Positions 10,137 to 19,951 of a stretch of 64,000 nucleotides of DNA are shown piece after piece (position 1 is the first letter of the stretch; every line of letters starts with the position of its first letter). The notes under the pieces were generated by a model that ran no database searches, was not told the DNA's origin, and worked only from the letters and a program-made list of their open reading frames with translations. Source of the DNA: Chthonomonadales bacterium (GTDB taxonomy: Bacteria > Armatimonadota > Chthonomonadetes > Chthonomonadales > CAJBBX01); the NCBI GenBank assembly GCA_037443035.1, contig JBBIPC010000005.1, forward strand, positions 32,001 to 96,000, written 5' to 3'. The translations under genes were made by a program, and so were the position numbers.

Positions 10137-10789
10137 TGGAGCGCCGGCTGATCCTGGCTTCGGCCTCTCCACGCCGGGCGGAACTCCTCGCTGCCATGGG
10201 GCTCCGCTTCGACGTGGTTGTCTCCAATGCTGACGAGACGCCTGTGCCCGGCTCGTCACCGGCAGAAGCCGCCGTCACGATCGCCTTCAGCAAGGCGCTC
10301 CAAGTCCAGCACATTCACCCCGATGCCATAGTGCTGGGGGCGGACACCATGGTCATTCTCGGCGATCCGTATCAGAAAGACGGTGTCGTCTACTATGCCA
10401 AGCCTGCGGATCCTGACGATGCCGCGCGGATGCTGACGGAGCTATCAGGCCGGATTCACCATGTCGTGACGGGTGTGGCTGTCGTATGGCGTGCATCCGA
10501 TGGAAGGTTGTGTGGGCGTATGGAGGCGGTCGCGACGCGAGTTCAGTTCAGGGTGCTCACCACCCAGGAGATCGCGGCTTACGTGGCAACGGGTGAACCG
10601 ATGGACAAGGCGGGTGCCTATGCCATTCAGGGGGGTGCGGCGGCGTTCGTCGAGCGCGTGGAAGGCGACTACTACAACGTGGTCGGGCTCAGCCTCGCTT
10701 CGGTTCGGCGTTTGTTGCGAGGGCTGGTGCGGGACGTGGGCCGTGTACCCCCCGTACCTCGGGTGCCCTTTCCCATCGCATCGTGCTGA
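10136..10789 (+). CDS. maf: Maf family nucleoside triphosphate pyrophosphatase
   Basis: LILASASPRRAELL, GADT, GEPMDKAGAYAIQG, GDYYNVVGL. Confidence 0.95.
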   Translation: MERRLILASASPRRAELLAAMGLRFDVVVSNADETPVPGSSPAEAAVTIAFSKALQVQHIHPDAIVLGADTMVILGDPYQKDGVVYYAKPADPDDAARMLTELSGRIHHVVTGVAVVWRASDGRLCGRMEAVATRVQFRVLTTQEIAAYVATGEPMDKAGAYAIQGGAAAFVERVEGDYYNVVGLSLASVRRLLRGLVRDVGRVPPVPRVPFPIASC

Positions 10790-13700
10790 GCTGTTGGTCG
10801 CGGGTCGCATCGCGGAGCAGGAGCGGCGCAACCCTCTCCACGCGGAGGGATGTCCCCCGACCGCGCTTCTCCACAATCCCGTCGACGATCACCGCAGGCG
10901 ATGTCAGGAAAGTCGCGGTACATCGCTCGATGGCGTCTCCCACTACTGTCACGGGCAGCAGGCCGGTCTCATCTTCCACCTGGGCGAAAAGGACGGGATG
11001 TCCCGACCGAGTAGGGGGACGATGGGGGCGAATGTTGAGCCCTGCAACTCGCACACGCGTTCCGGGATCTCGGGAGGAAACGTCGGCCGTTCGGAGAATA
11101 CCACGCTCGTCCAGGAGGTCCCGCATGTAGGCCATGGCATGGCATTCAGCGCATACGCCCGTGATACGCCATGTCCATACGAACTTGTCCCACACAGAGA
11201 AATCAGGAATGTCCCATGCCGTCGGAGTCGGCAGCGAGGCGGCATCCCCTAGTGGTAGGCGTTGCACCACAGCCGTCGCTGCAGATGGGTTGCCAACCGA
11301 GGGCTGCGGGCCATGGGCATCTCCTGAAGATCTCCAGACCCTGTCTCCTTCAAGAATGCCTTCGAACCCACGAAGGGAGATCTTATCACTCCCTGCGGGC
11401 GATCCATCGCCTGGCCACCCCACCTCCGCACGGTAGATACGCCCCATCTCCAGGGTCTCATCGAGCCGCCACAGGATCCCCCTTCGGTGTTCGTGTAGAC
11501 TATCGAAAGCACCACAGAGGATCAAGTTCTCGATGACATCTCGGGGCACCACCACTCTCGTACAGAAGTCCAGCAGCGACCGGAAGGCACGTTCCCGTCG
11601 AGCACGCAAGATGGCCTCGATATCCTGATCGCTGATGCCGGCTACGATGCGGAAACCGAGCCGAATGGTCTCCGGATCTTCTGCCACGCACTTGTCGCAG
11701 CTCTCGTTGATATCCACCGGCAAGATTCGCACGCCTCGTCGTCGGGCTTCGCCGGCCAACGTATTGGAGCTATAGAAGCCCATGGGCTGGTGGTTCATCA
11801 TGGAAGCGAAATGCTCAGCGGGATGATGGACGGAGAGATAAGCGGTCTTGTATCCGGTCAGTGAGAATGCAGCCGCATGGCCCTCGATGAAGCCATACCC
11901 GCTCCATCCTTCGATCTGGTCGAAGAGCCTGTCCAGTCGCTCCTCGGAAAGCTCAGGGTATCGCTGGAGAGCGCGTTCGATGAACCATCGCCGTGGCTCA
12001 TCCATGGTATCCAGCTTCGCATGGCGCTTGAGGCTCTTCCGGAAGCGATCCGCCTCGGCGTCCGAGCAGCCCGTCATGACAGCCACGACTTCGTTCACCT
12101 GCTCCTGAAAGACAATGCATCCGTAGGTCTTGGCTAGGACTGGCACCAGGCAGGGATGGACCCAATCGGCTCGCGCCCAGCCGTTGCGACATGCCACGAA
12201 CCGCCGCACGACATTGCCGCGGACCGGACCAGGGCGGATGAGCGCCACCGATGCCACAAGATCCTCGAAGTGTCTCGGCTCGAGAATGACCGCCAGGGAA
12301 AGCTGAGCTGCACTCTCGAACTGGAATGCACCGATGGCTGCGCCAGCCTGCATCATCCGATATGTTTGCCGGTCATTCAGCGGTAGCCGGTCGTAGCGAA
12401 AGTCAGGATGGAGGTCCCGAATCTGAGCCTCGGCATCCGCCACTGCCGAAAGCGCCCGTAAGGAGAGGACATCGAACTTGATAGCGCCTACCTCTTCCGC
12501 ATCATCCTTATCGAGGGTCCAGATCTGCGTAATCCCTCGGGCCGACGGCTGCAGAGGTGCGATCGTAGCAAGGGGCACGGCGCTGATGACCACCCCCGAG
12601 GAGTGGGTGCCAATATGCCTGGGGAAGCCTGCAATACGGCCGCAGAGATCGAAAAGGAGGCGGAATCTGTCCATGAGATGGCGATGAGGTCGGAGCTCGG
12701 CAAATCGTTCGAAGGCCGCTTCGATGCGGTCGGCTCGGACACTGTGATGGAGCCTCTTAGCGAGGAAATCCACCGCATCCGCCGGGAGATCCAGGACCTT
12801 GCCGAGATCTCGCACAGCCGATCGTGCCCAGAAGGTGTAGAAGGTACAGACCATGCCCACATGGCCTTCCCCGTACTTCTCGATGATGTGCCGAAAGACC
12901 TCATCTCGTCGCTCCGAGGGGAAGTCCATATCAATATCCGGCGTGCGCCCAGGTGAGAGGAACCGCGCAAAGGGCAGGTTGCGCTGGATCACGTTCACAT
13001 CCGTCAGGAATAGACAGTAAGCCACGCAACAATCGGCGGCAGAACCACGCCCCGTGCATCGAATGCCCTGCTTGCGAGCCCATCGGACAATGTCCCAGAC
13101 CATGAGAAAGTAGTCGGCATAGCCCATCTCGCTAATGACCGTCAGCTCATGCTCGATGCGTTGAGTGATAGCCGGCGTCAGTTGGCGAAATCGCGCCTTG
13201 GCACCGCGATAGGTCATCTCCCGCAGATAGGTGACCGCCGTATGGCCTTCCGGAACGGGAAAGGCCGGTGTAATCTCCTCCTTTCGTGGTAGGCAGCTCT
13301 CGCACCGTTCGGCAATGACCTCGGTATTACGGAGAGCATCGGGACGCCACGCGAAAAGCGCCGCCATCTCTGCGGGCGACTTGAGATAACGCTCTGCATT
13401 GAGGGGACGAAGAGGATGCGGTTCGTCCATGGAGATACCTGCAGCGATGCACCGAAGCACGTCATGGGCCACGAAGTCCTCTCGGTTGGCATGGTGTACG
13501 TTGTTCGTGGCCACTACCCCCGCTCCGATGGAATCCGCCAACCTGGCCAGATCGGCGCATACTCGGGCGGAGTCGGGCGTCAAGTCATCCTGCAGTTCGA
13601 TGTAGAAGTTGTCGCGGCCGAACAGTTCCTGGAGCATACGAGCTGCGGCAACGGCCTCCTCCTCGCGATGCAGACGAACCAGGGAAGCAATACGCCCTCT

Positions 13701-14132
13701 CCGACAACCGGAAAGACAAAAGAGATCGGGACAAGCCAGCGCACGGAACTTCTGCCACGACAGACGTGGTGTAAGGCGGTCTCCATCTCGATAAGCCTCG
13801 GTGAGCATGGTGCAGAGGACGCCATAGCCTGCCCGATTCCGGGCTAGCAAGGTCAGGTGTTCTTCTTCCTCGGTGGAGACCTCGGCCTGTGGTGGATGAT
13901 CGGTGGAGAAGCAGAAAGTCGCCTTCTTCAGTGTGATCTCGGCTCCGAGGATAGGCCGAATACCATAGGCTTCGCAGGCGCTGGTGAACTTCACCGCGGC
14001 GCAGAGACTGTTGTGATCCGTTAGAGCGAGGGCCGGTGCACCCTGACGAGCAGCTTCCCGCACCAGCACAGGGATATCGCTGCCGCCATCGAGGAAGCTG
14101 TAGGGACTGTGGACATGAAGATGAATGAACAT
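10689..14132 (-). CDS. dnaE2: Error-prone DNA polymerase III alpha (DnaE2-type)
   Basis: PHP domain (HLHVHSPYSFLDG, TDHN), GRGSAA, PDIDMD, KFDVL, NHQPMGFY, OB fold with RPPT; no C-terminal tau-binding domain; directly downstream of an imuB-like gene. Confidence 0.93.
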   Translation of the reverse strand: MFIHLHVHSPYSFLDGGSDIPVLVREAARQGAPALALTDHNSLCAAVKFTSACEAYGIRPILGAEITLKKATFCFSTDHPPQAEVSTEEEEHLTLLARNRAGYGVLCTMLTEAYRDGDRLTPRLSWQKFRALACPDLFCLSGCRRGRIASLVRLHREEEAVAAARMLQELFGRDNFYIELQDDLTPDSARVCADLARLADSIGAGVVATNNVHHANREDFVAHDVLRCIAAGISMDEPHPLRPLNAERYLKSPAEMAALFAWRPDALRNTEVIAERCESCLPRKEEITPAFPVPEGHTAVTYLREMTYRGAKARFRQLTPAITQRIEHELTVISEMGYADYFLMVWDIVRWARKQGIRCTGRGSAADCCVAYCLFLTDVNVIQRNLPFARFLSPGRTPDIDMDFPSERRDEVFRHIIEKYGEGHVGMVCTFYTFWARSAVRDLGKVLDLPADAVDFLAKRLHHSVRADRIEAAFERFAELRPHRHLMDRFRLLFDLCGRIAGFPRHIGTHSSGVVISAVPLATIAPLQPSARGITQIWTLDKDDAEEVGAIKFDVLSLRALSAVADAEAQIRDLHPDFRYDRLPLNDRQTYRMMQAGAAIGAFQFESAAQLSLAVILEPRHFEDLVASVALIRPGPVRGNVVRRFVACRNGWARADWVHPCLVPVLAKTYGCIVFQEQVNEVVAVMTGCSDAEADRFRKSLKRHAKLDTMDEPRRWFIERALQRYPELSEERLDRLFDQIEGWSGYGFIEGHAAAFSLTGYKTAYLSVHHPAEHFASMMNHQPMGFYSSNTLAGEARRRGVRILPVDINESCDKCVAEDPETIRLGFRIVAGISDQDIEAILRARRERAFRSLLDFCTRVVVPRDVIENLILCGAFDSLHEHRRGILWRLDETLEMGRIYRAEVGWPGDGSPAGSDKISLRGFEGILEGDRVWRSSGDAHGPQPSVGNPSAATAVVQRLPLGDAASLPTPTAWDIPDFSVWDKFVWTWRITGVCAECHAMAYMRDLLDERGILRTADVSSRDPGTRVRVAGLNIRPHRPPTRSGHPVLFAQVEDETGLLPVTVVGDAIERCTATFLTSPAVIVDGIVEKRGRGTSLRVERVAPLLLRDATRDQQLSTMRWERAPEVRGVHGPRPAPALATNAEPKRG

Positions 14133-14142
14133 GGAAGTGAAC

Positions 14143-15579
14143 TCAATCTGCCACAGCCGTCAGCCGCCATTCATTCCCGCAACGACGTATCTCGGCCAAA
14201 CCCAGCGACGGCGTCTCCACTCGAAACACCATGCCCTGCTCCAGATGGCCATACTTCCATCCGGCTTCAGACCACCGGTTCTGTACCTGCGCCACATCCC
14301 ACCACCGACCGTGTCGCTGGTAGCGCAGAGGTACCCCCAAAGAGTTGGTGAGGACCTGGATGGTTTCGTTCAACCGCCGCGTCAGCGGGTAGGTCCAGAG
14401 CTGGAAGGGTTCCCGTCGTCGCAGGGCCGTCGCCTGGCCGACCGATTTCCGTCCAAACCGCTCCCTGACATGTTCGATCGCTCCATTCAGTCGAATCTGC
14501 CGTTCATGCGGCAGTACCTCCGAGGGACGGTTCTCATCGAAAAGAAGCCTCTGCACACTCTCCGCCGGTTCCGCAACCAGAACCCTCAGAGCCACACTGG
14601 TAGGCGGTGCATCGAAGGTCAACCCAGGACCAGATCTCATGCGACTCAGGAGCCGCAGCGCCACCCGCATCAGAGCTGCAGCATCATCTTCGGGAGCATT
14701 CAGAATCTCCGTGCGTACATGAGCCCTCCCCGCTTCCGAGCGAAGAGCGAGAGTGACCGACCGAGAGCGCCGCCCACGGTGCTGGAGTTTCTCTGCAACG
14801 CCGGTGGCACATTGGCGGATGGCTTCCTGGAGCAACCCCTCCTCCGTCACACCGAAATCGAGGTTCAGCACATGCTCTTCGCTATCTGGCGGCCATAGCG
14901 CCCGCACCGGATCTCGATCCTGCCCGAGAGCCAGCCGGCGTAGCAAGGCGCTGCGCTCCCGGAAGACTCTTCTCGTCTCCTCTTCGGGGATGGTCAGGAT
15001 GTCCCCTAGAAAACGAATGCCAAGCCGCTGCAGCCGCTCACGTTCCTGGCGATTCAGATGGGATAGCTGGTCTACTGGCACCCTGGCTATCAGCGACGCC
15101 TCGGTTCCTTCCGGCACGATGACCGGTGCGCCGCCCGGATCGTGTTGGGCAGCAATGTGCGCCGTGAAGCGGGAACGAGACATCCCCATGTGTACCGCCA
15201 CGTCGGCAATGCTGTGCAAGTCCTCGGCGACCCCTATCGCACGCTCTCGAACACCTGCACCCACAAACCCAGCAAGACACACTTCAGGCGATATCGGCTC
15301 GACGCAGGAGCTATCGCACGCGATCCGATCCCATAGGGGTTCTGCCTTCTGACGGTACGCCGAGAGGTTGTAGGGAACCACCACTAGATCAGGGCAGAAC
15401 ACACGCGCCGCAGAAGGCGTCTGGCCAAGGCGCACACCGGCCCTGGTAGCCTCCAAGGAGACGGCTTGCAGAAGACCGTCCTCCCCCAGAAGTGCCAGGG
15501 GTACGTTCTCGAAGTTCGGATGCAAGATCCGTTCCGAAGCTATCGCGAAATCGGGTAGGTAGTAGCAGGCAATCCACAT
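14143..15579 (-). CDS. imuB: ImuB-like inactive Y-family polymerase with fused ImuB-C/DUF6504-like C-terminus
   Basis: Y-family fold (AVSLEATRAGVRLGQ, LQRLGIRFLGD) with the catalytic acidic motifs lost (CYYLPDF; ISPE instead of SIDE); QRLLF clamp motif; ends EWRLTAVAD. Confidence 0.85.
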   Translation of the reverse strand: MWIACYYLPDFAIASERILHPNFENVPLALLGEDGLLQAVSLEATRAGVRLGQTPSAARVFCPDLVVVPYNLSAYRQKAEPLWDRIACDSSCVEPISPEVCLAGFVGAGVRERAIGVAEDLHSIADVAVHMGMSRSRFTAHIAAQHDPGGAPVIVPEGTEASLIARVPVDQLSHLNRQERERLQRLGIRFLGDILTIPEEETRRVFRERSALLRRLALGQDRDPVRALWPPDSEEHVLNLDFGVTEEGLLQEAIRQCATGVAEKLQHRGRRSRSVTLALRSEAGRAHVRTEILNAPEDDAAALMRVALRLLSRMRSGPGLTFDAPPTSVALRVLVAEPAESVQRLLFDENRPSEVLPHERQIRLNGAIEHVRERFGRKSVGQATALRRREPFQLWTYPLTRRLNETIQVLTNSLGVPLRYQRHGRWWDVAQVQNRWSEAGWKYGHLEQGMVFRVETPSLGLAEIRRCGNEWRLTAVAD

Positions 15580-15607
15580 CGGAGACCTCTGGGCGCGAAA
15601 GGCGTCG

Positions 15608-15667
15608 GCATTATAGTGTACTTGCGAACGGCAAACAATACACGTCTATATATGTACACTATAATGC
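15608..15667. promoter_or_regulatory. Divergent promoter pair formed by a perfect 14-bp inverted repeat
   Basis: GCATTATAGTGTAC (15608-15621) and GTACACTATAATGC (15654-15667); each arm contains an outward-facing TATAAT; the leftward one has TTGTTT 17 bp upstream. Confidence 0.75.
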
Positions 15668-15850
15668 GTCGTTTGTCAACATCTTCGCGCAAGATTCTCC
15701 CAGGAAGATCGCCCGCCACCTTCCGGTACACCCGCACATGCCGACTCCTGGCAGATGTGAGATGTAGACATACGCACCCATCACTACCTCGCACATCTCC
15801 ATGCCGCCACACACGGCGCAACGGGTACCATTCCTGAAGGAGGAAAGAAA

Positions 15851-16357
15851 GTGCCCGATCCTGTTGTGTGGCGTCTGCCACATTCCTACGTCTGCTTCGT
15901 CTGCGGAGAAAGCAATCAGCGCGGCCTCAACGTCCGCTTCTACACCGACGGCCAGCGCGTGTGGACCAATGTCACGCTCAGCGAACCTTACATGGGCTAC
16001 GCAGGTATCTCCCACGCCGGCGTGCTCACCGCCATCCTGGACGAGACCATGGGCTGGGCCACGGCAGTCCGCGCCGGTCGCTTCTGCATGGCTATCGAAC
16101 TGAACATCGAGGTCCGCAAGTCGGTGCCCATTGGGAAAGAAGTCACCGTCACTGGCGAAATGACCGACATCTCCAGGCGGATCTGGGAGGGGCGCGGTGA
16201 AATCCGTGGTTCCGATGGCACTCTCTACGTACGCGGCAGAGGACGTTTCATCCCCATGAGCCGTGAACAAACCGAGGAGGTCATGGACATGCTCGTCTTC
16301 GATGACGACACTATTCCGCGGGACGTCCTCGCCAAAGGTCTCGATCCAGCCTCCTAG
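15851..16357 (+). CDS. PaaI family hotdog-fold thioesterase
   Basis: CFVCGESNQRGL, HAGVLTAILDETMG; AAGGAGG RBS before GTG. Confidence 0.9.
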   Translation: MPDPVVWRLPHSYVCFVCGESNQRGLNVRFYTDGQRVWTNVTLSEPYMGYAGISHAGVLTAILDETMGWATAVRAGRFCMAIELNIEVRKSVPIGKEVTVTGEMTDISRRIWEGRGEIRGSDGTLYVRGRGRFIPMSREQTEEVMDMLVFDDDTIPRDVLAKGLDPAS

Positions 16358-16371
16358 ACCCGGCATCGTCT

Positions 16372-18591
16372 ATGCAGCCCACCCTCTTCGACAACCTCGA
16401 GCCTCCAGAACCCCGGCGCGAATCGGCAACGGAAGACCTATCGCCGATCCTTTTCGGTTTCGATCCCACCGATCGGATCGTAGCGGCTGAGATCTCCGGA
16501 GAACAGCTCATCCTGTGGCGGCGTCGACCGGATGACACCGTCGAGCGGCTTGTGCGCTCAGTGCCTGCCTGGTTTCTTGTCACGAACCCTTCCGATGCGC
16601 CGCCCGGCTCGGAGATCGAAGAGCTGGAAGGCGGGGAATTCAGGTTCCTCTGTCGCCTGCCGTGGAATGCCTATAGGTCCGCCAGGATGGACCTTCTAGA
16701 CCGCCACGCCGAGCACATCGCCTACTCGGGTCAGATCCGCGCAGCACTGACTATGGCCGGCGCTACCCTGTTCAAAGGCATGAGCATGCGCGATGTGCGG
16801 CGCATGCAAGTGGACATCGAGACGGCCGGGCTGAACGGCGAGCGTCCGGAGGACCGCATTCTCCTCATCGCCGTAGGAGACAATCGAGGTCTGCTGACAT
16901 CCCTAGAGGGGAAGGAGAGGGACATCCTCTGGCAGTTCATCGAACTGGTACGAGAGCGGGATCCCGACATCATCGAGGGGCACAACATCCACGGCTTCGA
17001 CCTCCCCTACATCGCGGCCAGGTGCCGCTTCCACCGTATACCGCCTGTACTTGGTCGAGACGGGGCCGAGTTGGAAGCAGGCGTCAAGCGAACCTATTCT
17101 GTTGGCGGAACGAACCGGCCCATCGTCCCTTGGCAGATCGCCGGTAGGCATGTGGTGGATACCTTCCTGGCCGTACAGCGATTCGACTGGGCAAAGGGGT
17201 CGCTCACCGGATACGGCCTCAAAGAGGTAGCGCGAACGCTCGGCATTGCCGCTGAGGACCGCATCGAGCTGCCGCGCCAGCACATGGCCGAGCTGTACCG
17301 GTCCGACCGCCAGTTGGTCGTGACGTATGCACTGCAAGACATTGTCGAAACCGCTCGTCTGGCCGACCTCGTGACGGCAACGGAGTTCTATCAGACTCAG
17401 ATGATTCCCGACAGCTACAGCTCTTCAGCTCTGAGCGGTGCGGGGGAGAAGATCAACGCTATCTTCCTCCGCGCCTACCTCCATGCAAGGCACGCGGTGC
17501 CCCGGCCGCTTCCCACCCGACCCTACACCGGTGGCTACACGAGCCTACGACGCGCAGGCGTCATCCACCGCATCGTCAAAGCCGATTTCGAGAGCCTGTA
17601 CCCGAGCATCATGCTTGCCAGGCGTATTCATCCACGTACCGATACCCTCGGGGTATTCTTGCCCGCGCTCGAGGAGCTTACGCAAAGACGTCTGGATGCC
17701 AAAGCTCGCGCCAAAGCCGCCGAAGGCCAGGAGGCGCGCTACTGGGATGGCCTCCAGGGCTCGTTCAAGGTCCTGATCAACTCGTTCTACGGCTATCTGG
17801 GTGCTCCGGGGTTCAACTTCAACGATCCAGAAGCCGCAGCCGAGGTGACACGGATTGGCCGGGAGCTTGTCCAAGAAGTTTCCGACCGCATCGAACGTGC
17901 AGGCGGGTCTGTCATCGAAATAGACACAGACGGCGTGTACTTCGTGCCACCGACGGATGTCACGGGCGAAGAGGCGGAACGGCGCTTTGTCAGCGAGATC
18001 GGCAAGGGCTTGCCCGAGGGCATCCGCCTTGCCTTCGATGGTCGCTACCAGACCATGGTATCGGTGAAGACGAAGAACTACGTACTCCTGGACTACGAAG
18101 GGGAGCGCACTTTCAAGGGCGCCTCTCTGCGGTCGCGAGCTGACGAACCCTACGGACGCGAGTTCCTTGCCCAGGCCGTGGATTGTCTCATGGCCGGCGA
18201 GACCGAGCGTTTGCGACAACTCTACCTCAGCACCGTGAAGGCCCTTCAGGAGCACCGAATACCCGTCGAGAAGCTCGCGCGGAGAGAGAGAATCACCGAG
18301 AAGGTGTTCAGCAGTACGGCGCGAGAGAGACTGGCGCCACTCGCTCAGGGCATGTCTGTGGGAGATTACATCACCGTCTACGAGCGCGCCGATGGAACGC
18401 TCGGACGGCTAGAGGACTACCAGCCAGGGGATGAGAGTGTATCCTATTACCTTGACAAGCTCTACAAGTTCGCTGCCAGGCTTCAAGACGTCATCGGACC
18501 CAGATTCGACGAGCTGTTCCCACGACCGCGCAATGGGAATGTCGTGATCAGTAGCGCCTTGGACCTCTTCGGCGACGCCGACGGACCGTAG
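16372..18591 (+). CDS. polB: Family B DNA polymerase with 3'-5' exonuclease domain
   Basis: ExoI DIET, ExoII GHNIHGFDLPY, ExoIII YALQD, motif A DFESLYPSIM, motif B KVLINSFYGY, motif C IDTDG; all intact. Confidence 0.93.
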   Translation: MQPTLFDNLEPPEPRRESATEDLSPILFGFDPTDRIVAAEISGEQLILWRRRPDDTVERLVRSVPAWFLVTNPSDAPPGSEIEELEGGEFRFLCRLPWNAYRSARMDLLDRHAEHIAYSGQIRAALTMAGATLFKGMSMRDVRRMQVDIETAGLNGERPEDRILLIAVGDNRGLLTSLEGKERDILWQFIELVRERDPDIIEGHNIHGFDLPYIAARCRFHRIPPVLGRDGAELEAGVKRTYSVGGTNRPIVPWQIAGRHVVDTFLAVQRFDWAKGSLTGYGLKEVARTLGIAAEDRIELPRQHMAELYRSDRQLVVTYALQDIVETARLADLVTATEFYQTQMIPDSYSSSALSGAGEKINAIFLRAYLHARHAVPRPLPTRPYTGGYTSLRRAGVIHRIVKADFESLYPSIMLARRIHPRTDTLGVFLPALEELTQRRLDAKARAKAAEGQEARYWDGLQGSFKVLINSFYGYLGAPGFNFNDPEAAAEVTRIGRELVQEVSDRIERAGGSVIEIDTDGVYFVPPTDVTGEEAERRFVSEIGKGLPEGIRLAFDGRYQTMVSVKTKNYVLLDYEGERTFKGASLRSRADEPYGREFLAQAVDCLMAGETERLRQLYLSTVKALQEHRIPVEKLARRERITEKVFSSTARERLAPLAQGMSVGDYITVYERADGTLGRLEDYQPGDESVSYYLDKLYKFAARLQDVIGPRFDELFPRPRNGNVVISSALDLFGDADGP

Positions 18592-18612
18592 CGGTCCGCC
18601 GACGACCCTGGC

Positions 18613-19047
18613 TTATTTCTTGGCTTTCTGCTCAGCCTCGCTCATGAGCTTCAGCATGTCTTTGGGTTGGTGATAGCCCTCGGACCTCAGGATCTCCTTG
18701 CCGCGTGAGTCGTAGAAGACCACCGTCGGCACCGCCTCGATGCGTGCAGCGTCAGCGTCCTTCCGCTGCTTGTCAATGTCCACCAGAACAGGGACGAAGC
18801 GCTTGGAGCGCTCCACGACGTCCTTGTTCTTGTACGTCGTGGCGAACATGGCCCGACACGGTGGGCACCAGTCGGCGTAGTAATCCACCATCATGGGCTT
18901 CTTCAGTTTCGCGGCTTGCTTCTTGGCCTTGGCCATGGATGCTATCCAGCGGATGTTTCCATGGTCCTTCTTCTGCGCCGCGGCCGGAGCCACGGCGAGC
19001 ACGAACGGGAGCGCCATAGCCAGTGCCATCATGTGAAATCGTGACAT
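18613..19047 (-). CDS. Exported thioredoxin-family protein
   Basis: Signal peptide; VDYYADWCPPC; cis-Pro AVPT. Confidence 0.88.
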   Translation of the reverse strand: MSRFHMMALAMALPFVLAVAPAAAQKKDHGNIRWIASMAKAKKQAAKLKKPMMVDYYADWCPPCRAMFATTYKNKDVVERSKRFVPVLVDIDKQRKDADAARIEAVPTVVFYDSRGKEILRSEGYHQPKDMLKLMSEAEQKAKK

Positions 19048-19123
19048 GCGTTCTTGTCTCCATGCGCGGGGCAAGGATCGCCACACCCTCCTGCCCCGCG
19101 CAGTCTCGATCGTCTAGGCGGAA

Positions 19124-19708
19124 CTAGATTACCTTCGAAACAGCCTCCCGCAGCGCTGCCAGTCCCTTCTCGTCCGCCTTCAGGTTGACGAACTTCGAGT
19201 CGACCGTACGCTCCTTGTATACGAAGACCGTGTTGCGGACCGACGGGTCCACGTTGATACCATACCCCTTGATAGCCGGATGATCGGGACCGGGGAGGTA
19301 GACTAGCGAGACCTGCTCGAGCTTCAGCTTGTTGCCCAGGTTCTGGAGCCTTGCCGAGATGCGGTCGGCAGACTCGCGGTCGGGGTTCAGATAGACGATG
19401 AACGCCTTGAACTTGGCGCTGGCATTCGCCCTGGCGATCTTCTCGAGTTCACTCGCCAGAGCTGCAACATTCTTCTCATCGTCGTTGTTGATCCAGACCT
19501 GCACGGCCGGGTTGCGAGGATACTTGCATACCGGGCAGGTGGAAGTGCCCTTGTCAGGTCCCGTCACATGCGAGGGATTGTAGGCGGGAAGTGCCGCGCC
19601 CTTTCCCACTCCGGATGTCGGCGCCTTGGGTCCGGCCAGGGCTATGGCGGCCAGTGTTAGCGATCCCAACAGCGCCAGGATAGTGGTATTCGCTTTGCCT
19701 TGGTACAT
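19124..19708 (-). CDS. Exported hypothetical protein, possibly redoxin-like fold
   Basis: AGGAG RBS, signal peptide, VTGPDKGTSTCPVC (CxxC). Confidence 0.65.
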   Translation of the reverse strand: MYQGKANTTILALLGSLTLAAIALAGPKAPTSGVGKGAALPAYNPSHVTGPDKGTSTCPVCKYPRNPAVQVWINNDDEKNVAALASELEKIARANASAKFKAFIVYLNPDRESADRISARLQNLGNKLKLEQVSLVYLPGPDHPAIKGYGINVDPSVRNTVFVYKERTVDSKFVNLKADEKGLAALREAVSKVI

Positions 19709-19951
19709 CTCATGTCTCCTGTTGAGCATGATCTCGGAGCGTGTCTTTCCGGCCCCGAAGTGATATTTAGTACCGCTAAGTCTCCCCGTTGAGTTCCAGG
19801 CCGTCCAGTCGTTGCTGTCGGGAGGAGCGCAGTACACTTCCATCGAATAGGTGCAGCAACCGGATTCCACGAGAACGCTACGGCGAAGGGGTGGTCAAGT
19901 CGCATTGCGAGGGCCGAGCGTTTACGAACGTAAGGAGACATCAGAACGGAC

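Noticed and set aside
10689..10789. 101-bp convergent overlap of maf and dnaE2 as a regulatory device
   Set aside because: Both overlapping tails are low-complexity extensions beyond the conserved domains, so stop-codon drift explains it.
11200..11440. Intein in DnaE2
   Set aside because: The insert is a short Gly/Pro/Ser-rich linker with no C/S start, HN end or LAGLIDADG motif.
16372..18591. Phage, plasmid or casposon polymerase
   Set aside because: No protein-primed TPR inserts recognised, and no cas1, integrase, terminal repeats or phage genes nearby; the flanks are ordinary cellular genes.
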